Below, one piece after another: positions 33,130 through 47,209 of a stretch of DNA of 64,000 bases. Each line of letters opens with the position of its first letter. The stretch's first letter is position 1. Where the stretch lies: contig NC_090411.1 in assembly GCF_036365525.1 (NCBI RefSeq), positions 35,811,453-35,875,452 on the forward strand, written 5' to 3'. The position numbers and the translations under genes were made by a program. The DNA comes from Heterodontus francisci (lineage: Eukaryota). Below the pieces are notes generated by a model. It made no database searches. It saw only the letters and a program-made list of their open reading frames with translations, and had not been told where the DNA came from.

Positions 33130-36100
33130 ACGACCACCCGGCATCAACCTAGGCACCGGAAATGACAGGGCAAATCCAGCCCTGTCAACCCTGCAAAGTG
33201 CTCCTTACAATCTGGGGGCTTGTGCCAAAATTGGGAGAGCTGTCCCACAGACTAGTCAAGCAACAGCCTGACATAGTAATACCTTGCAGACAATGTCCCA
33301 GACGCCACCATCACCAGCCTGGATATGTCCTCTCCCACCAGCAGGACAGACCTACCAGAGGTGGCAGAATAGTGGTATACAGTCAGGAGGGAGTTGCCCT
33401 GGGAGTCCTCAAAATTGACTCTGGACCCCATGAAGTCTCATGGCATCAGTTCCAACATGGGCAAGGAAACCTCCTGCTGATTACCACTTACTGCACCCCC
33501 CCTGCCCCCACCCCCTCGGCTAGTGAATCAGTGCTTCTCCATGTTAAACACCAATTGGAAGCACTGAGAGTAGCAAGGGCATAAAATGTACTCTGGGTGG
33601 GGGACTTCAATGTCCATCACAAAATGTGGCTCAGTAGCACCACTACTGACCGAGCTGGCCGAGTCCAGCTGTTAGACTGGGTCTGCAGCAGGTGGTGAGG
33701 GAACCAACAAGAGGGAAAAACCTACTTGACCTTGTCCTTACCGATCTACGTGTCACAGATGCATCTGTCAGTGACAGTATTGATAGGTGTTATGGCCAGG
33801 TGAAGAGGGGGTCTCAGGTTCCCCTTGTGTCCTTCCTCTTATTTGACCGCAACAGGGTTTATTCCTTTTATAAACAGTGTTTGTGTTTACCACCTCTGTG
33901 AGCGTTTTACCTTTTACCTTTAATGTGATCATGAAAGAACCAATCAGACAGGTTTTCTTGAGTTTAAACAAGAAAGAGGTAAGTTTATTATACTCAACAA
34001 GCTAAACCTGATCTAAAAATAATTTTAAAAATTATGCTACACATTCACGTACACATTCAGACAAGGATCACACACACAAAAATAGATTACAGAGTGGAAA
34101 GTAGGTTTTTTGGTTGGATTAAAGTCCAGAATAAATAAAAGTTATATACACAGTCAGAGGTTAGGTGATTCGGTGGTCTTCCAGCTCGAGTTGTATTCTT
34201 GAAGTCTTTGACTGGTCAAAGTGCACTTTGTGGCTGGCCTGCTTGGCTCAGGGATTTCTTGGATGCAGACTTGTAGGTGGCTCTCTTCCCCTGGTCTCTG
34301 GCTGTAGCAGTCTGTAGGCTTGGACGGTCCACAGTCACAGACAGTTTTCAAACTTGATGTTTTCTGGAGAGAGAGAGAGAGAGAGAGAAAGGAAGGCACA
34401 CAGACTTTTTTACTGCTGCACACTCAGTTATTGCTTGTCTCTTGTATGTAACAAAACTCCAAGCCTGGGGAGACAGTCACATGGTTCTCTCAATCCCCTT
34501 TCTTTTTAAAGAGGGCCAAAGTCTAAAACCAAAAACCTCTCTCAGGTGTTATTGTCAGTGTTTACCCCCGGAGGGACATCTCCATGCATGAATGTTTCAA
34601 GATGGCTTTGAATGTCCTGCTAATGAGAGTGATCTGGATAATCTACTCAATTGGCCAAAGCATTGCCCTGCTGGGCTTCTTGTCAGACTTGTGTCTCCAA
34701 TTCGATCACCTGGTATTTTAGATGCAAATTGTGGAGGCTAACTTGGTTGTCATTTTTTTAAAAATTAACTGTTGGATTTTTTCCATTAAAAGTTTAATGT
34801 AAGTTTCCAACCAATGAATTAATACTTCTCACCAGAATAAAAGCAAAATACTGCGGATGCTGGAAATCTGAAATAAAAACAATAAATGCCGGAAATGCTC
34901 AGCAGGTCTGGCAGCATCTGTGGAGAGAGAAGCAGAGTTAATGTTTCAGGTCAGTGACCCTTCTTCAGAAACGTTAACTCTGTTTCTCTCTCCACAGATT
35001 CTGCCAGACCTGCTGAGTATTTCCAGCATTTCTTGTTTTTAATTAATATTTCTCATCTGGCATATCATGTTTTCTTGACAGTAGGAGTGACCACCACACA
35101 GTCCTTGTGGAGACGAAGTCCCATCTTCACACTGAGAGTACCCACCATCATGTTGTGTGGCACTATCACCATGCTAAATGGGATAGATTTCAAACAGATC
35201 TAGCAGCTCAAAACTGGGCACCCATGAGGCACTGTGGGCCATCAGCAGCAGCAGAATTGTACTCAACCACAATCTGTAACCTCATGGCCCGGCATTTCCC
35301 CCACTCTATCATCAAGCTGGGGGAAACAACCCTGGTTCAATGAAGAGTGCAGGAGGGCATGCCAGGAGCAGCACCAGGCATACCTCAAAATGAGGTGTCA
35401 ACCTGGTGAAGCTACAACAGAGGATTAAGTGCATGCCAAACAGCGGAAACAGCAGGCAATTGACATGGATGAGTGATCCCACGACCAACGGATCAGATCT
35501 AAGCTCTGCAGTCCTGCCACATCCAGTCATGAATGGTGGTGGACAATAAAACAACTAACAGGAGGAGGAGGCTCCACAAATATCCTCATCCTCAATGATG
35601 GGGGAGCCCAGCACATCAGTGCGAAAGATAAGGCTGAAGCATTTGCAAAAATCTTCAGCTAGAAGTGCCGAATGGATGATCCATCTCGACCTCCTCCTGA
35701 AGTCCCCAGCATCACAGCTGCCAGTCTTCAGCAAATCTGATTCACTCCACTTGATAACAAAAATGGCTGAAGGCACTGGATACTGCAAAGGCTATGGGCC
35801 CTGACCAGCAATAGTACTGAAGTCCTGTGCTCCAGAACCTGCCACACCCCTAGCCAAACTGTTCCAGTACAGCTACAACACTGGCATCTACCCAACAATG
35901 TGGAAAATTGCTAGGTCCAGGTCCTGTACACAAAAAGCAGGACAAGTCCAACCCGGCCAATTACCACCCAATCAGTCTACTCCCAATCATCAGTAAAGTG
36001 ATGGAAGGTGTCGGTGACAGTGCTATCAAACAGCACTTGCTCAGCAATAACCTGCTCAGTGACGCTCAGTTTGGGTTCCGCCAGGGCCACTCAGCTCCTG

Positions 36101-36770
36101 ACCTCATTACAGCTTTGGTCCAAACATGGACAAAAGAGCTGAACTCAAGAGGTGAGGTGAGAGTGACTGCCCTTGACATCAAGGCAGCATTTGACCGAGT
36201 ATGGCATCAAGGAGCCCTCGCAAAACTGAAGTCAATGGGAATCAGGGGGAAAACTCTCTGCTGGTTGGAGTCATACCTAGTGCAAAGGAAAATGGTTGTG
36301 GTTGTTGGAGGTCAATCATCTCAGCTCCAGGACATCACTGCAGGAGTTCCTCAGGGTAGTGTCCTAGGCCCAACCATCTTCAGCTGCTTCATCAATGACC
36401 TTCCTTCAATCATAAGGTCAGAAGTGGGAATGTTCGCTTGTGATTGCACAGTGTTCAGCACCATTCACGACTCCTCAGATACTGAAGCAGCCTGTGTCCA
36501 TATGTAGCAAGACCTGGACAATATCCAGGCTGGGCTGATAAGTGGCAAGTAACATTTGTGCCACACAAGTGCCAGGCAATGACCGTCTCAATCAAGAGAG
36601 AATCTAACCATCTTCCCTTGATGTTCAATGGCATTACCATTGCTGAATCCCCACTATCAACATCCTTGGGGTTACCACTGAGCAGAAACTAAACTGGACC
36701 AGCCACATAAAAGCAGTGGCTACAAGAGCAGGTCAGAGGCTGGGAATTCAGTGGTGAGTAACTCATCTCT
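33130..36770 (+). mobile_element. Degraded LINE ORF2 (APE+RT; CR1/L2/jockey group), interrupted by a solo LTR
   Basis: APE remnants (GDFNVHH, PTRGKNLLDLVLT, SDH) and RT remnants (PISLL, LDIKAAFDRVWH, GVPQGSVLGP, FACD for FADD); many stops and frameshifts. Confidence 0.9.
33788..35080 (-). mobile_element. Solo LTR (same family as 20184-21153), with nested Penelope-type palindromic piece at ~34835-35040
   Basis: TGTTAT…TTGACA ends; flanks ATAGG/GTAGG; left end is the reverse complement of the 21100-21153 terminus. Confidence 0.82.
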
Positions 36771-37874
36771 CAAGTGGACATGAAACATGCTGTGGTGCTA
36801 TTTTGAGTGGGGAGTTCTCCCGGGTGTCCCTCAGTCAACATCACAAAAGCATCACAAAAACCTGGTCAATATCTCATTGCTGTTTGTGGGATCTTGCTGT
36901 GTGCAAATTGGCGGCTGTGTTCCAGCATTGCAACAGTGACTAAACAGTTACAAAAGTTCGCGATTGCCTGTAAAGTGCTTTGGGACATCCTGAGGTGGAG
37001 AAAGGCACTATAGAAATGCAAGCCTGTCTTTCCTTCTTTCTGTAACTTATCCTGGGAGAATGATCAGCCCACATCTCTTTCCCTCTGGAACTTCACTACA
37101 ACTGAGTGCAGCTTCTCTCACTCTATCTTCCCTTTCTTATCGTTACATTCTGCTCTGGCTGCAACTCCCTGTTGTTTGCCAGGCTTTACAGAAATTTGAT
37201 CACATTCAGGGGTGTATTTGGTCACATGGTGCTCATTTGCTGCATGAATTTTCTGCTGACCTTGCAATCAGCATCAGTAAACACTAGTTACCTCATTGAC
37301 TGTCACATTCTTTCTGTATCTCGTTACTTTTCGCCCTTAGGAATCTTTCGACTCCCTGTTCTATTCCTAATCCAGTACCAGTCTGTCTCATCCTATATCT
37401 CTCCACTATACCCATTCCACATTCCAATGTTAACTCTAGCTTTAGTTTATCAATTCCATTTCTTGCTACTATATTCAAATGAAATTATTCAATATTGCAT
37501 CAGTAGAGACAGACTTTCTGTTTGTTTTCCTAATCTCAGCACTCATTATCCTCGGACCACAAGGCTGTCTGTACATCTCTGTCTGTTCCCTTTTCATTTC
37601 CTTGTTCAAGGACCATCTGTTCAAACGTGAGCCTTGCAGACAATTACAGAACAGTAATTAGATATTAATTAGTTAAAGACTATTTCATTATCATGCTTTA
37701 CAATATAAGGTTAAAAATCTACACTACAATATATACATTGTACAATACATTATACAAGTAACTTGATGATATAGAAAAACAAAGAATTTCCGTGGTTGAT
37801 CAACAGATTGAAGTGCTTAGGAGACAGTCCAGGGCTACAGACAGTGCAGTGAGGAGCCACAGACAGTTGAGCTG

Positions 37875-38085
37875 TCTCTCCCTCTCTGTTTCTCCCTCTG
37901 TCTCTGATTCTCTCTCTGTTTTTCTCTCTTTCTGTCTCTACATCTCGCTCTCTGTAACTCTCTCTCCATCTCTCTCTGCATCTCTCTTTATTTCCGTCTC
38001 TCTGAATCTGACTGTTTTCTCTTTCTGTCTCTGCCTCTCTCGATCTATCTCTCACTGTTTGACTGTTTCTCTCTCTCTCTCTCGC
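37875..38085. repeat. Imperfect (TC)n microsatellite
   Basis: Pyrimidine dinucleotide tract. Confidence 0.85.
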
Positions 38086-38583
38086 CACCTCTCTGGGGTG
38101 GGGTTGGAGTTGTGTCGGCTGGTGCTTTGCGCTTGCGGGTCCCCCCCCCACCCACCCCCCCCCCTCCCTCAGATTCCCCGGTCAGTTTTTCCTCTCACAG
38201 ATATCTTGTGCTTCTCTCCCCCTCAGCTATTCTGCTGTAACCATTTACACCTCCACTAGACCCATCTTTACCTCTCACATTACCCTCTCCTTTGCTTTTC
38301 ACCATTCCTTTGTCATTTAATCTCTCCTGCCTCCCACCCTATCACAGACCTTCCCTTTTGATCATTCCCTATTTACTCTCCACCCCATTCCTCTTCCCCC
38401 CCGCCCAACTTCCCCCCTCCCCCCCCCACCCCCCGACCCCAACCTCTTTACCCTGGCTCTGTACTTGCTTAAAAACTGTTAAATCCCTAACATCAAGGAA
38501 AATATTGCAGATGTTAGAAATCTGAAATAAAAACAGAAAATGTTGGAAGTACTCAGCAGATCTGACAGCATTAATGGAGAGAG

Positions 38584-39591
38584 TGTCACGCTCACCCAAT
38601 ATGAAATTATGAATTTGAACTTATGAAGTATAAACTCAAAATGGACACTTTCCTGTAAAACGAAATAAGTTGAGAGGTCAGGTGACCTTTTCTTTCCTGC
38701 CAATACATATGGAACTGGAAAAGCCCTGAGATAATTTTCATGTCTGGACAAGGCTTGGTGAAGTCATTAAAATGCAAACGAGTTTTCTCGACATATTTTT
38801 GAGAAGTCATTAAAATGCAAATGACCTTTCCCATGGTAACAGTTGCATTTATTTCATCAAGATGGTATGTGGATGAGTGATACCCAGACTCCATTGTCTG
38901 ACAATGGCCTAACCATCAGAAACTATTTATGAGAACAATGGAAAGAGATGCTCACATAACAGAAACTAGGTTTATGATAAGGGGTTTTAAAAGGCACATT
39001 CTGAGCAGACAGACAGAAACATCTATGCCAACGAAGAGAAAAGACCCTGCCTAAGACCACCAGCTAAAAATGTAGGCAGAAACTGGAGTTGGCCTTGAAC
39101 TCTCCACCTGAGGAACTGTACCAGAGTTTCGCCATCGAACTTTGACTGGAATATAACAAGCGAAATCTGTTGCTATGAACATAAAACAACAACGACTCTA
39201 TCCTCCTAAACCTCCAGAGCTTTTCTTCAGTGGACAAAAAAGGATTACATGCCTGCATCGTTTCAAGTCTTCACTCTAGGGAAAAGCAAGTGTAACAGAG
39301 AACTCTTGAAATCATAAGTCTTAAACGTATGCTACTTTTATAATCACAATCTTTTCTTGAATGTATGTGTATCTGTATGGGTGTGAGAGTGGGTCTAGTT
39401 GCGTAGATTCGGGTGTTGAAAAATAAACATTTATCTTTCATTTAAAACTTATGAGGAAACTTGTCAATCATCTGTTCCTGACAGTTAGAACACTCAGGAG
39501 TTAAACACTTCTTTTTAAACACCCTGTCTTCGGTCAGTCGAGAGGTGCAAAAGGAGGAACCATCCCTATCATCTCTCCCCTGTCTGTAACA
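38584..39591 (+). mobile_element. Solo LTR inserted in a Penelope-type terminus
   Basis: TGTCAC…TGTAACA ends; AGAG duplication on both sides; AATAAA near 39422; layout similar to 20184-21153. Confidence 0.8.
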
Positions 39592-41129
39592 AGAGAAACA
39601 GAGTTAACCTTTTAGTTCGATGACCTTTCATCATCTAAGATTGTCCACCTGAAACATTAACTGTCTCTCCCGCTCAACAGCAACAACTGGCATTTACGTA
39701 AACCCTTTAATGTAATAAAACATCCCAAGGTGCTTCACAGGATTGATTATCAAACACAGTTTGACACCAAGTCACATAGAGAGATATCAGGGCAGGGGAA
39801 AAGCTTGGTCGAAGAGGTAGGTTTTAAGGGTCATTTTAAAGGAGGAGAGAGGGGCAGAGAAAGGTTTAGGGTGAGAATTCCAGAGCTTAGGGCCCAGGTA
39901 GCTGAAAGTGTTTTCCACAGATGGTGCCTGACATCCTGAGTTTTTCCAGCATTTTCTGTTTTTATTCCTTTATTAAATTTATTTGGGTCAGAATTCCTAG
40001 TATCCGTCAGCCACTCACCCGGCTACTGAAAGTTGAATAGCAGCAGCTCAACTAACTTTAACCATCTGATTGAGAATCCTCTCTCTCTCTTGCTGAAACG
40101 CTTGCTTGTCTGTGTGAATGAGCTGTCTAGCCATGTATCTCACTCTGACACTCATTCCTCACTCACTGATCCAGTGGGAAAATGCAAAAGGAAGGAGTTG
40201 CCTTGAACTTCAAACATTTGGAACAAAGTTGCAATTTAGAGAAGCGTTACTCCAGACCTGAATCACAGACTATTGCTGCAACTTGCTGTTCTACCATTCA
40301 TCAGTAGGGAGCATAACTGAGCTGTTACAGTCTGTGCAATTGGACAGATGAGGTCTCAGATTAACCCTGTCAATCTGCCAGGTTCCTTGGCACTGTGTGC
40401 CATGACCAATAACAATGAAGATATGAGTTTAAATTGCACCATAGCAGTTTGAATTTGAACTGAATCCAGGTTCAAAAATTTGGAGACAAAAAGTTGGGAT
40501 CAGCAAAAGTGACCGGCTGTCATAAAAACTCAACTGGTTCACTAATGTCCTTTAGGGAAGGAAACCTGCCGTCCTTACCCGGTCTGGGCCAATATGTGAC
40601 TCCAGTCCCACATCAACGTGGTTGACTCCTAACCATCCTCTGAAGTGGCTGAGCAAGTCACTCAGTTGCATCAAACCTGCAGCGATTCAAGAAGGCAGCA
40701 CCTCACGACCACCACTTTCTCAAGAGCAACTAGGGGATGAGCAATAAATGGCAGCCTTGCCCACACCCCAGTAAAGGTGGAGCTGGCCAGTCAGCAAGGA
40801 ATCCCTGGTCCCCTGGTATCACTGAGCACCTCCCTGAGAGAGCTCCTGAACTGAGACAGTGCCATATAAGGGAATCTTGCACACTTTGTTCATTAATTGC
40901 ATGATGCATGGTGAGGGTTATTGGTTTATAAACAAACTGTGTGCTGTATTTGAGTTTGTAGGGCAGGTAGAGCAGGAGCAGGACCTGCATTTTTAGTGTA
41001 ATTGATGTATAAGGCAGAAACTAAATGTTGCATTTATTAATCAAGTAGATTCAATCAGACTCTCACACTGATCAATTAATAAGATAATCATCTTACAATC
41101 CTTTAGAAAGCTCCGGTTACACCCCATGT

Positions 41130-43195
41130 AAAGTACTGCATTCAGTTCTGGTCACCACATTTCTGGAAGGATCTGAGGGTCCTTGAGAGGGTGCGGAGGA
41201 GATTTCCCAGAGTGGTTCCAGGGATGGAGGATATTAGTTACAAGGTTGGGTTGGAAAAGCTGGGCTTTGTTCTCTGTACAACAAAGGAGATTGAGGGGTG
41301 ATTTAATAGAACTGTACAAGATTATGACAGGCTTAGATAAGTTAGACAAGGAAAAAGTATTCCTATTAACTAATGGTGCAAGGACTAGGGGACACAGCTT
41401 GAAAGTTTTGGACAAGAGATGCAGGGGAAATGTGAGGAAGCACTTTTTAGGCCGCGGGTGGTAATGACCTGGAACTCATTGCCCACAAGGGTGGTGGAAG
41501 CAGAGACAATGACTTCAAAAGGAAATTGGATGGTCACCTGAGAGAAATAGACTTGCACGGCTTCGGGGATCGAGCAGGGGAGTGGGACTGACTGGATAGC
41601 TCCATGGAAAGCTGGCATAGACTCGATGGGCCGAATGGCTTCCTTCTGTGCCGTAAATGATTCTATGACTCTCACCCCCTCCCTATCTCTGTAACTTCCT
41701 CCAGCCCCACAAACCTCTGCAATCTCTGCATTCCTCTAACTCTGGGCTCCAGTGCATGCTTCACTTCCCTCGTAAAAAATCACTTCCCATTTCCCTTTAA
41801 GGTACTGACTCTAACTAAGGTAAATTTACAGACACCATCTGACCACACATTTTAACCAAGAAATCTTTCATTGTGAATCTAGATATTCACATTAACGTAT
41901 AGTAACACCACGTGGGAATGAAAACTATTTTGGCTAGTGAAATATTATGGAGAGATTATCATTATTTCCCTTGCTTTTTCCTCTATTGTTTGTCTCCTAA
42001 ACTCCAAATCCTCAGACCCATCCACTCTTCCTTCTCCTGATGCCCTCACTGTGCTGTCACTCATCCCTACTCAAGGACAATACATTGAAAGTGGCAGTTC
42101 AAGTTGGTAAAATAGAGGCAGAAATTACAAAAACAAGGAGGTTCTGCTCTACCTTAAAGAATACTGTCTCAGTCTCAGTTGGAGTATTGTGTTCAATTCT
42201 GGGCACTGCACTTTAGGAAGGAGGTAAAGGCCTCGGAGAGGGTGCGGAGGAGATTTACTAGAATGATCCCAGGGATGAGGGACTTCAGTCAATGTGGAGA
42301 GACTGGAGAAGCTGGGATTGTTCTCCTTAGAGTAGGGAAGGTTAAGGAGAGAATTAATAGCAGTGTTCAAAATCATGAGGGTTTTGATAGAGTAAACAGG
42401 AGGAAACTGTTTCCAGTGGCAGGAGGGTCAGTAACGAGAGGACCCAAATTTAAAGGTGAATGGCAAAAGAACCAGAGGGGAGATGAAGAGATTTTTTTAT
42501 GCAGTGAGTTTGATCTGGAATGTGCTGCTTGAAAGTGGACGATGTAATTGCATTAGAGAGCATACGAAGGAGATTTACTAGGTTGCCTGGACTGGAGAAT
42601 TTTAACTACGAGGAAAAATTGGATAGACTAGAGTTGTTTTCTTTAGAACAGAGGAGGCTGAGGAGAGACCTAATTGAAGTGTATAAAATTATGAGCAGTC
42701 TAGATGGAATGGATGAGAAGGCCCTGTTCCCCTTGGTTGAGGGGTCCATACCAGGGCCAGAGCTTTAGGGTAAGAGGTAGGAGGTTTAGAGGGGATTGGA
42801 GGGACCCAGAGGATGGTGGGGATCTGGAACTCACTGCATGAAAGGGTGGTAGAGGCAGAAACCCTCATCACATTGGATATACACTTAAACTGCTGTGACC
42901 TACAAGGCTACGGACCGAGCTGGAAAGTGGGATAAGGTTGGATGGCTACTTGTCGGTCAGCACAGAGGCGATGGGCTGGGTGTGACCTCCTTGCATGCTG
43001 TGAATTTCTATGAAGCAGATTCAATAGTAACTTTCAGAAGGAAAATGGATAAATAATTGAAGGAGAAAGAATTTCAGGGTGATGGGGAAAGAGCGGGGGG
43101 GGGAGTGGGTCTAATTAGATAGCTCTTTCAAAGAGCCAGCACATGTACAATGGGCTGAATAGCCTCCTCAAGTGCTGTAAGATTCCATGATTCTA
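41130..43195 (+). mobile_element. Cluster of CR1-like 3' fragments (~41130-41673, 42100-42530, 42540-43010, 43015-43195)
   Basis: YCVQFW, RRRFTR, RRLRGDLIE(L/V)YKIM, TRGH motifs and CR1 tails. Confidence 0.85.
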
Positions 43196-43638
43196 ACCTA
43201 CTCTTTTCCAGGCCTGTGGACTGTCTCACTTCAGCTTCTGACCTTGCCGTTCCGTCCTTTGTATTATCAGTTATGACGCCAAGTTTGACCTCACTCCGTG
43301 TTTACATCAGCTAATAGCTCAGAAAGGGAGTGGAGCATCCCAAATATAGGCTGTATGAATCATTGACAGGAACAATGGTATGAGGAGTAGGCCGGGTGGG
43401 CAGTTGGTGTATTAACACAGGTCTTAATTAATACCTTTGGAGTAAGCTTGAGGACATTCCCTAACCTGACTCAGATTTTCTCAATTTGTTGACGCAATTG
43501 TTTCTTGGCCCATCCTTTCACATGATGCAGATGAGAGAGTCATAAACAGGCCTATGGGTTAATGACTGACAGAACCAGCCTGACCAGTCCTGTTAATAAG
43601 GAAGAGAAATCCACAAATATTTTGTTTCCTCTATCCAG

Positions 43639-44682
43639 TGTTACGAGCAGGTGAGGAGAGGGTCAAAATGCTCCCTCTTGTCCCTCTCCTTGTTTGACCG
43701 CAACAGGGTTCATTTCTTTTAAATAGTGGATATGCTTGCCAATTCAGTGAGTGTTTATATGCTGTGATCGTTAAAGAACTAATCAGACAGGTTTTCTTGA
43801 GTTTAAACAAAAAAGAGGTTAGTCTATTGTGCTTAAAACCAAAACCATCTAAGTAAAATAATAAACTATGCTCCAACCTTCATATACACACACACGAGCA
43901 TTACACATACATACAAATAGTTTACAGAGTGGAGAAGAATAGATTGGTTCGATTAGAGTCTGGAGCAATAAATAGAATATACAATCTGTGGGGTTTGGTG
44001 ACTCAGTTGTCTTCTGGATGAATTTGGTGGTCCTGAAGTTTCTGGCTGGTAGAGGTGGCCACCTGGCTCAGGGTTTTCTTGGAGACAGTGATGTAGATGG
44101 TTTTCTTCCCAGGGTCTCTGTCTGCAACAATGATAGACTTGGACGTTTACAGCCAGCAGGCAGGGTTCGAACTTACAGGGTGGCCCGGAGAGAGAGAGGG
44201 AGATGCCAAACTCGGGTGCTTGTCTGCTGTAGAGGGAAGGAACTGCAAGTTTTCACACAGCTGGCGAGTCTGTTACATGATGGCCCAGTGTATTCTCTTT
44301 ATTACAACTTAATTAGATCAGGTTTAAGAACTCCCAATCTCTCTCAGGTCTCATTGTCTCAATACTTACCCTTTGAATGGGTTGTCTCCACCAGTGTTAA
44401 TGTGCCAAGATTGCCTTTAATGTCTTGTTAATGAAGGCAAGACAGGTAGCTCATTCAAAGTTCTCAAGCCGTTGTTCTGATAGGAGATTTACCAGACCTA
44501 CGTCTCCACCTCGATACTTTGATATGTAGGATATTTAGATGCAAATTGCATTGGCTATTTTAGCTGCTAGCAGTGGTCTTTTATCGGTTTTTGTGCCTCC
44601 TGTTTCTTTTCAAAGTTTAATTCAGGTTTCCAAACAATGGATTTTTAAAAAATCATCATTAGACATAGCACTTGTCATGGCA
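43639..44682 (-). mobile_element. Solo LTR (same family as 33788-35080)
   Basis: TGTTAC…TGGCA ends; exact CCAG duplication; shares TTTGACCGCAACAGGGTT and AATCAGACAGGTTTTCTTGAGTTTAAACAA with the 33788 copy. Confidence 0.85.
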
Positions 44683-45534
44683 CCAGCATATCAACTTGCA
44701 TTTAGATAGCACTTCTGACATAGTATAATGGAGCATAAATCAGACAAACATTGACACCAAGCCACATAATGAGATTTTAGGACAGGTGGCCAATAGCTTG
44801 GTCAAAGATGTAGGTTTTAAGGAGTAGAGAGGTTTGGTGGGGGGGTGTGAGCAGGGATTGGAATTCCAGAGCTTAGGGTCTCACCGGCTGAAGGCACAGC
44901 CACAAATGGTGAGGTGAAGGGAACAGGGGAGGCAAAATAGGCCAGAATTGGAGGCAGATAGAGTTGTTGGAGGGTTGTACGGAGGTACAAGTTACAGAGA
45001 TAGGAAGGGAAGAGGTCATGGAGGTCAGTTGTTGGGGACGAGTTTGCAGTTGTTTTGCAAGTGATATGACCTCAGTGAGATTGTTAATGTGAAAAATACG
45101 AGATATGAACCCCCAGATCAATTTCAAGAATTACATGACAGGATTTCATGTTTTATGACTTTTATTATAACAACTAAACTAAAAGAAATCCCCAATTAAC
45201 TGAATTGTACTTTGTAAGTAGCTGATACCCCAAGTTCCAAAGAAAGGTAGTTCTTTACTTATTAAAGTACTTGAAAACCTCACACCACACTTACACATTG
45301 AACAGTCCTTTTTGATGGCAAAATCCTTTGTGGTAAAAAGTCCCAAACCCCTCCCAGTTGTAATGGGACGGATCTCCCAGGCCTTCTCAAAAATCACTAT
45401 CCTCTTCATTCACTTCTCTGAGCACTTCCGACCTGGATGTCCGTCAATAAGGCGATTCCTGGCAATCCTGCTGGTCTTCTACTTCTCCACCAGCTTCAAC
45501 TTTCAGAACAGATTCAAGTCTTTGCAGGTGTTCC

Positions 45535-46495
45535 CATACGAACATACGAATTAGGTGCAGGAGTAGGCCACTCGGCCCTTCGAGCCTGCTCTGCCATTCA
45601 ATAAGATCACGGCTGATCTGATTGTAACCTCAACTCCACATTCCCACCTACCCCCGATAACATTTCACCCCCCCCCCCTTGCTTATCAAGAATCTATCTA
45701 CCTCTGCCTTAAAAATATTCAGACTCTGCTTTCACTACCTTTTGAGGAAGAGAATTCCAAAGACTCACGACCCTCTGAGAGAAAAAATTTCTCCTCATCT
45801 CTGTCTTAAATGGTCGACCCCTTATTTTTAAATAGTGACCCCTAGTTCTAGATTCTCCCACAAGGGGAAACATCCTTTCCACATCCACCCTGTCAAAACC
45901 CCTCAGGATCTTATATGTTTCAATGAAGTCACCTCTTACTCTTCTAAACTCCAGCCTAACCAGTCCAACCTTTCCTTGTAAGACAACCTACCTATTAATC
46001 TAGTAAACCTTCTCTGAACTGCTTCCAACGCATTTACATCCTTACTTAAATAAGGAGACCAATACTGTACACAGTACTCCAGATGTGGTCTCACCAATGT
46101 CCTGTATAGCTGAATCATAACCTATAACCTCCTCCCTACCTTTGTATTAAATTCCCCTTGCGATAAATGATAACATTCTATTAGCTTTCATAATTACTTG
46201 CTGTACCTGCATACTAATCTTTTGCGATTCGTGCACTAGGACACCCAGATCCCTCTGCATCTCAGAGCTCTGCAATCTCTCACCATTTAGATAATATGCT
46301 TTTTTTATTCTTCCTGCCAAAATAGACAATTTCACATTTTCCCACATTATACTCCATTTGCCAGATCTTTGCCCACTCACTTAACCTGTCTATATTGCTT
46401 TGTAACCCCTTATGTCCTTTTCACAACTTACTTTCCTACCTATCTTTGTGTCATCAGCAAATTTAGCAACCATACCTTCGGTCCCTTCATCCCTT
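45535..46495 (-). mobile_element. CR1-like LINE 3' fragment
   Basis: LYRTLVRPHLEYCVQYWSPY, QRDLGVLVH motifs and CR1 tail. Confidence 0.88.
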
Positions 46496-47209
46496 CCCTA
46501 TCTCCCTCTCGAGCTGTCACTGCTGATTGTCATCCTTCTTACAGCCTGTCTGACTTCAGAAAGTCTGTTAAATTTATCTGGACTCAGAAGTCAATAGCTT
46601 ATTTAACTGTTCCAATATGCAGAGTCCAGAAGTTTGCTTTCACGGGGCCACTTAGGCCTTTCATTGTTCCCAGGTGTTAACAGCTGCTTGGTACATTTGC
46701 ATCTTGCGAATTACTGACTCTTTGTTTTATGATCTGAAAGTCTGGGAGGGCGAAAGCCATTGTTCTTCAGGAGTTAGCCAGTGGAAATGATTCTCTTGGT
46801 GGACCTTATTGCACTCGTACAGGAGCTGCAACTAACACTTGGAATTATCTCCGATAGTGCTTTCATAGAGGGTGATCATCTGAGCTGACACATGAGCTGG
46901 AGATGAGGGTATTATGGGGTGTGCTGGGTCAGGTGTTGGATGTGTCATAGCTGATAATACCATAAGCTCCCAGTAAATGAAAACCACAGGAATCTAGAAT
47001 CTAAAAATTCTTGAGATTACACAATGTGCTCTGTTTTCACATATTTCTGACCTCACTTCCTTGATATTAAACCCTTCCCTCCTTCTGATAGGGAGCTGGC
47101 GGCATAACGGTAATGCCACTGGACTAGTAATCCTTCCCATTTGTTCTCTTTCCCACAAACCCCCCACCCCTTCACTTGCTTAAAACCTAACTCTTTTCTG
47201 ACCTTTGCC

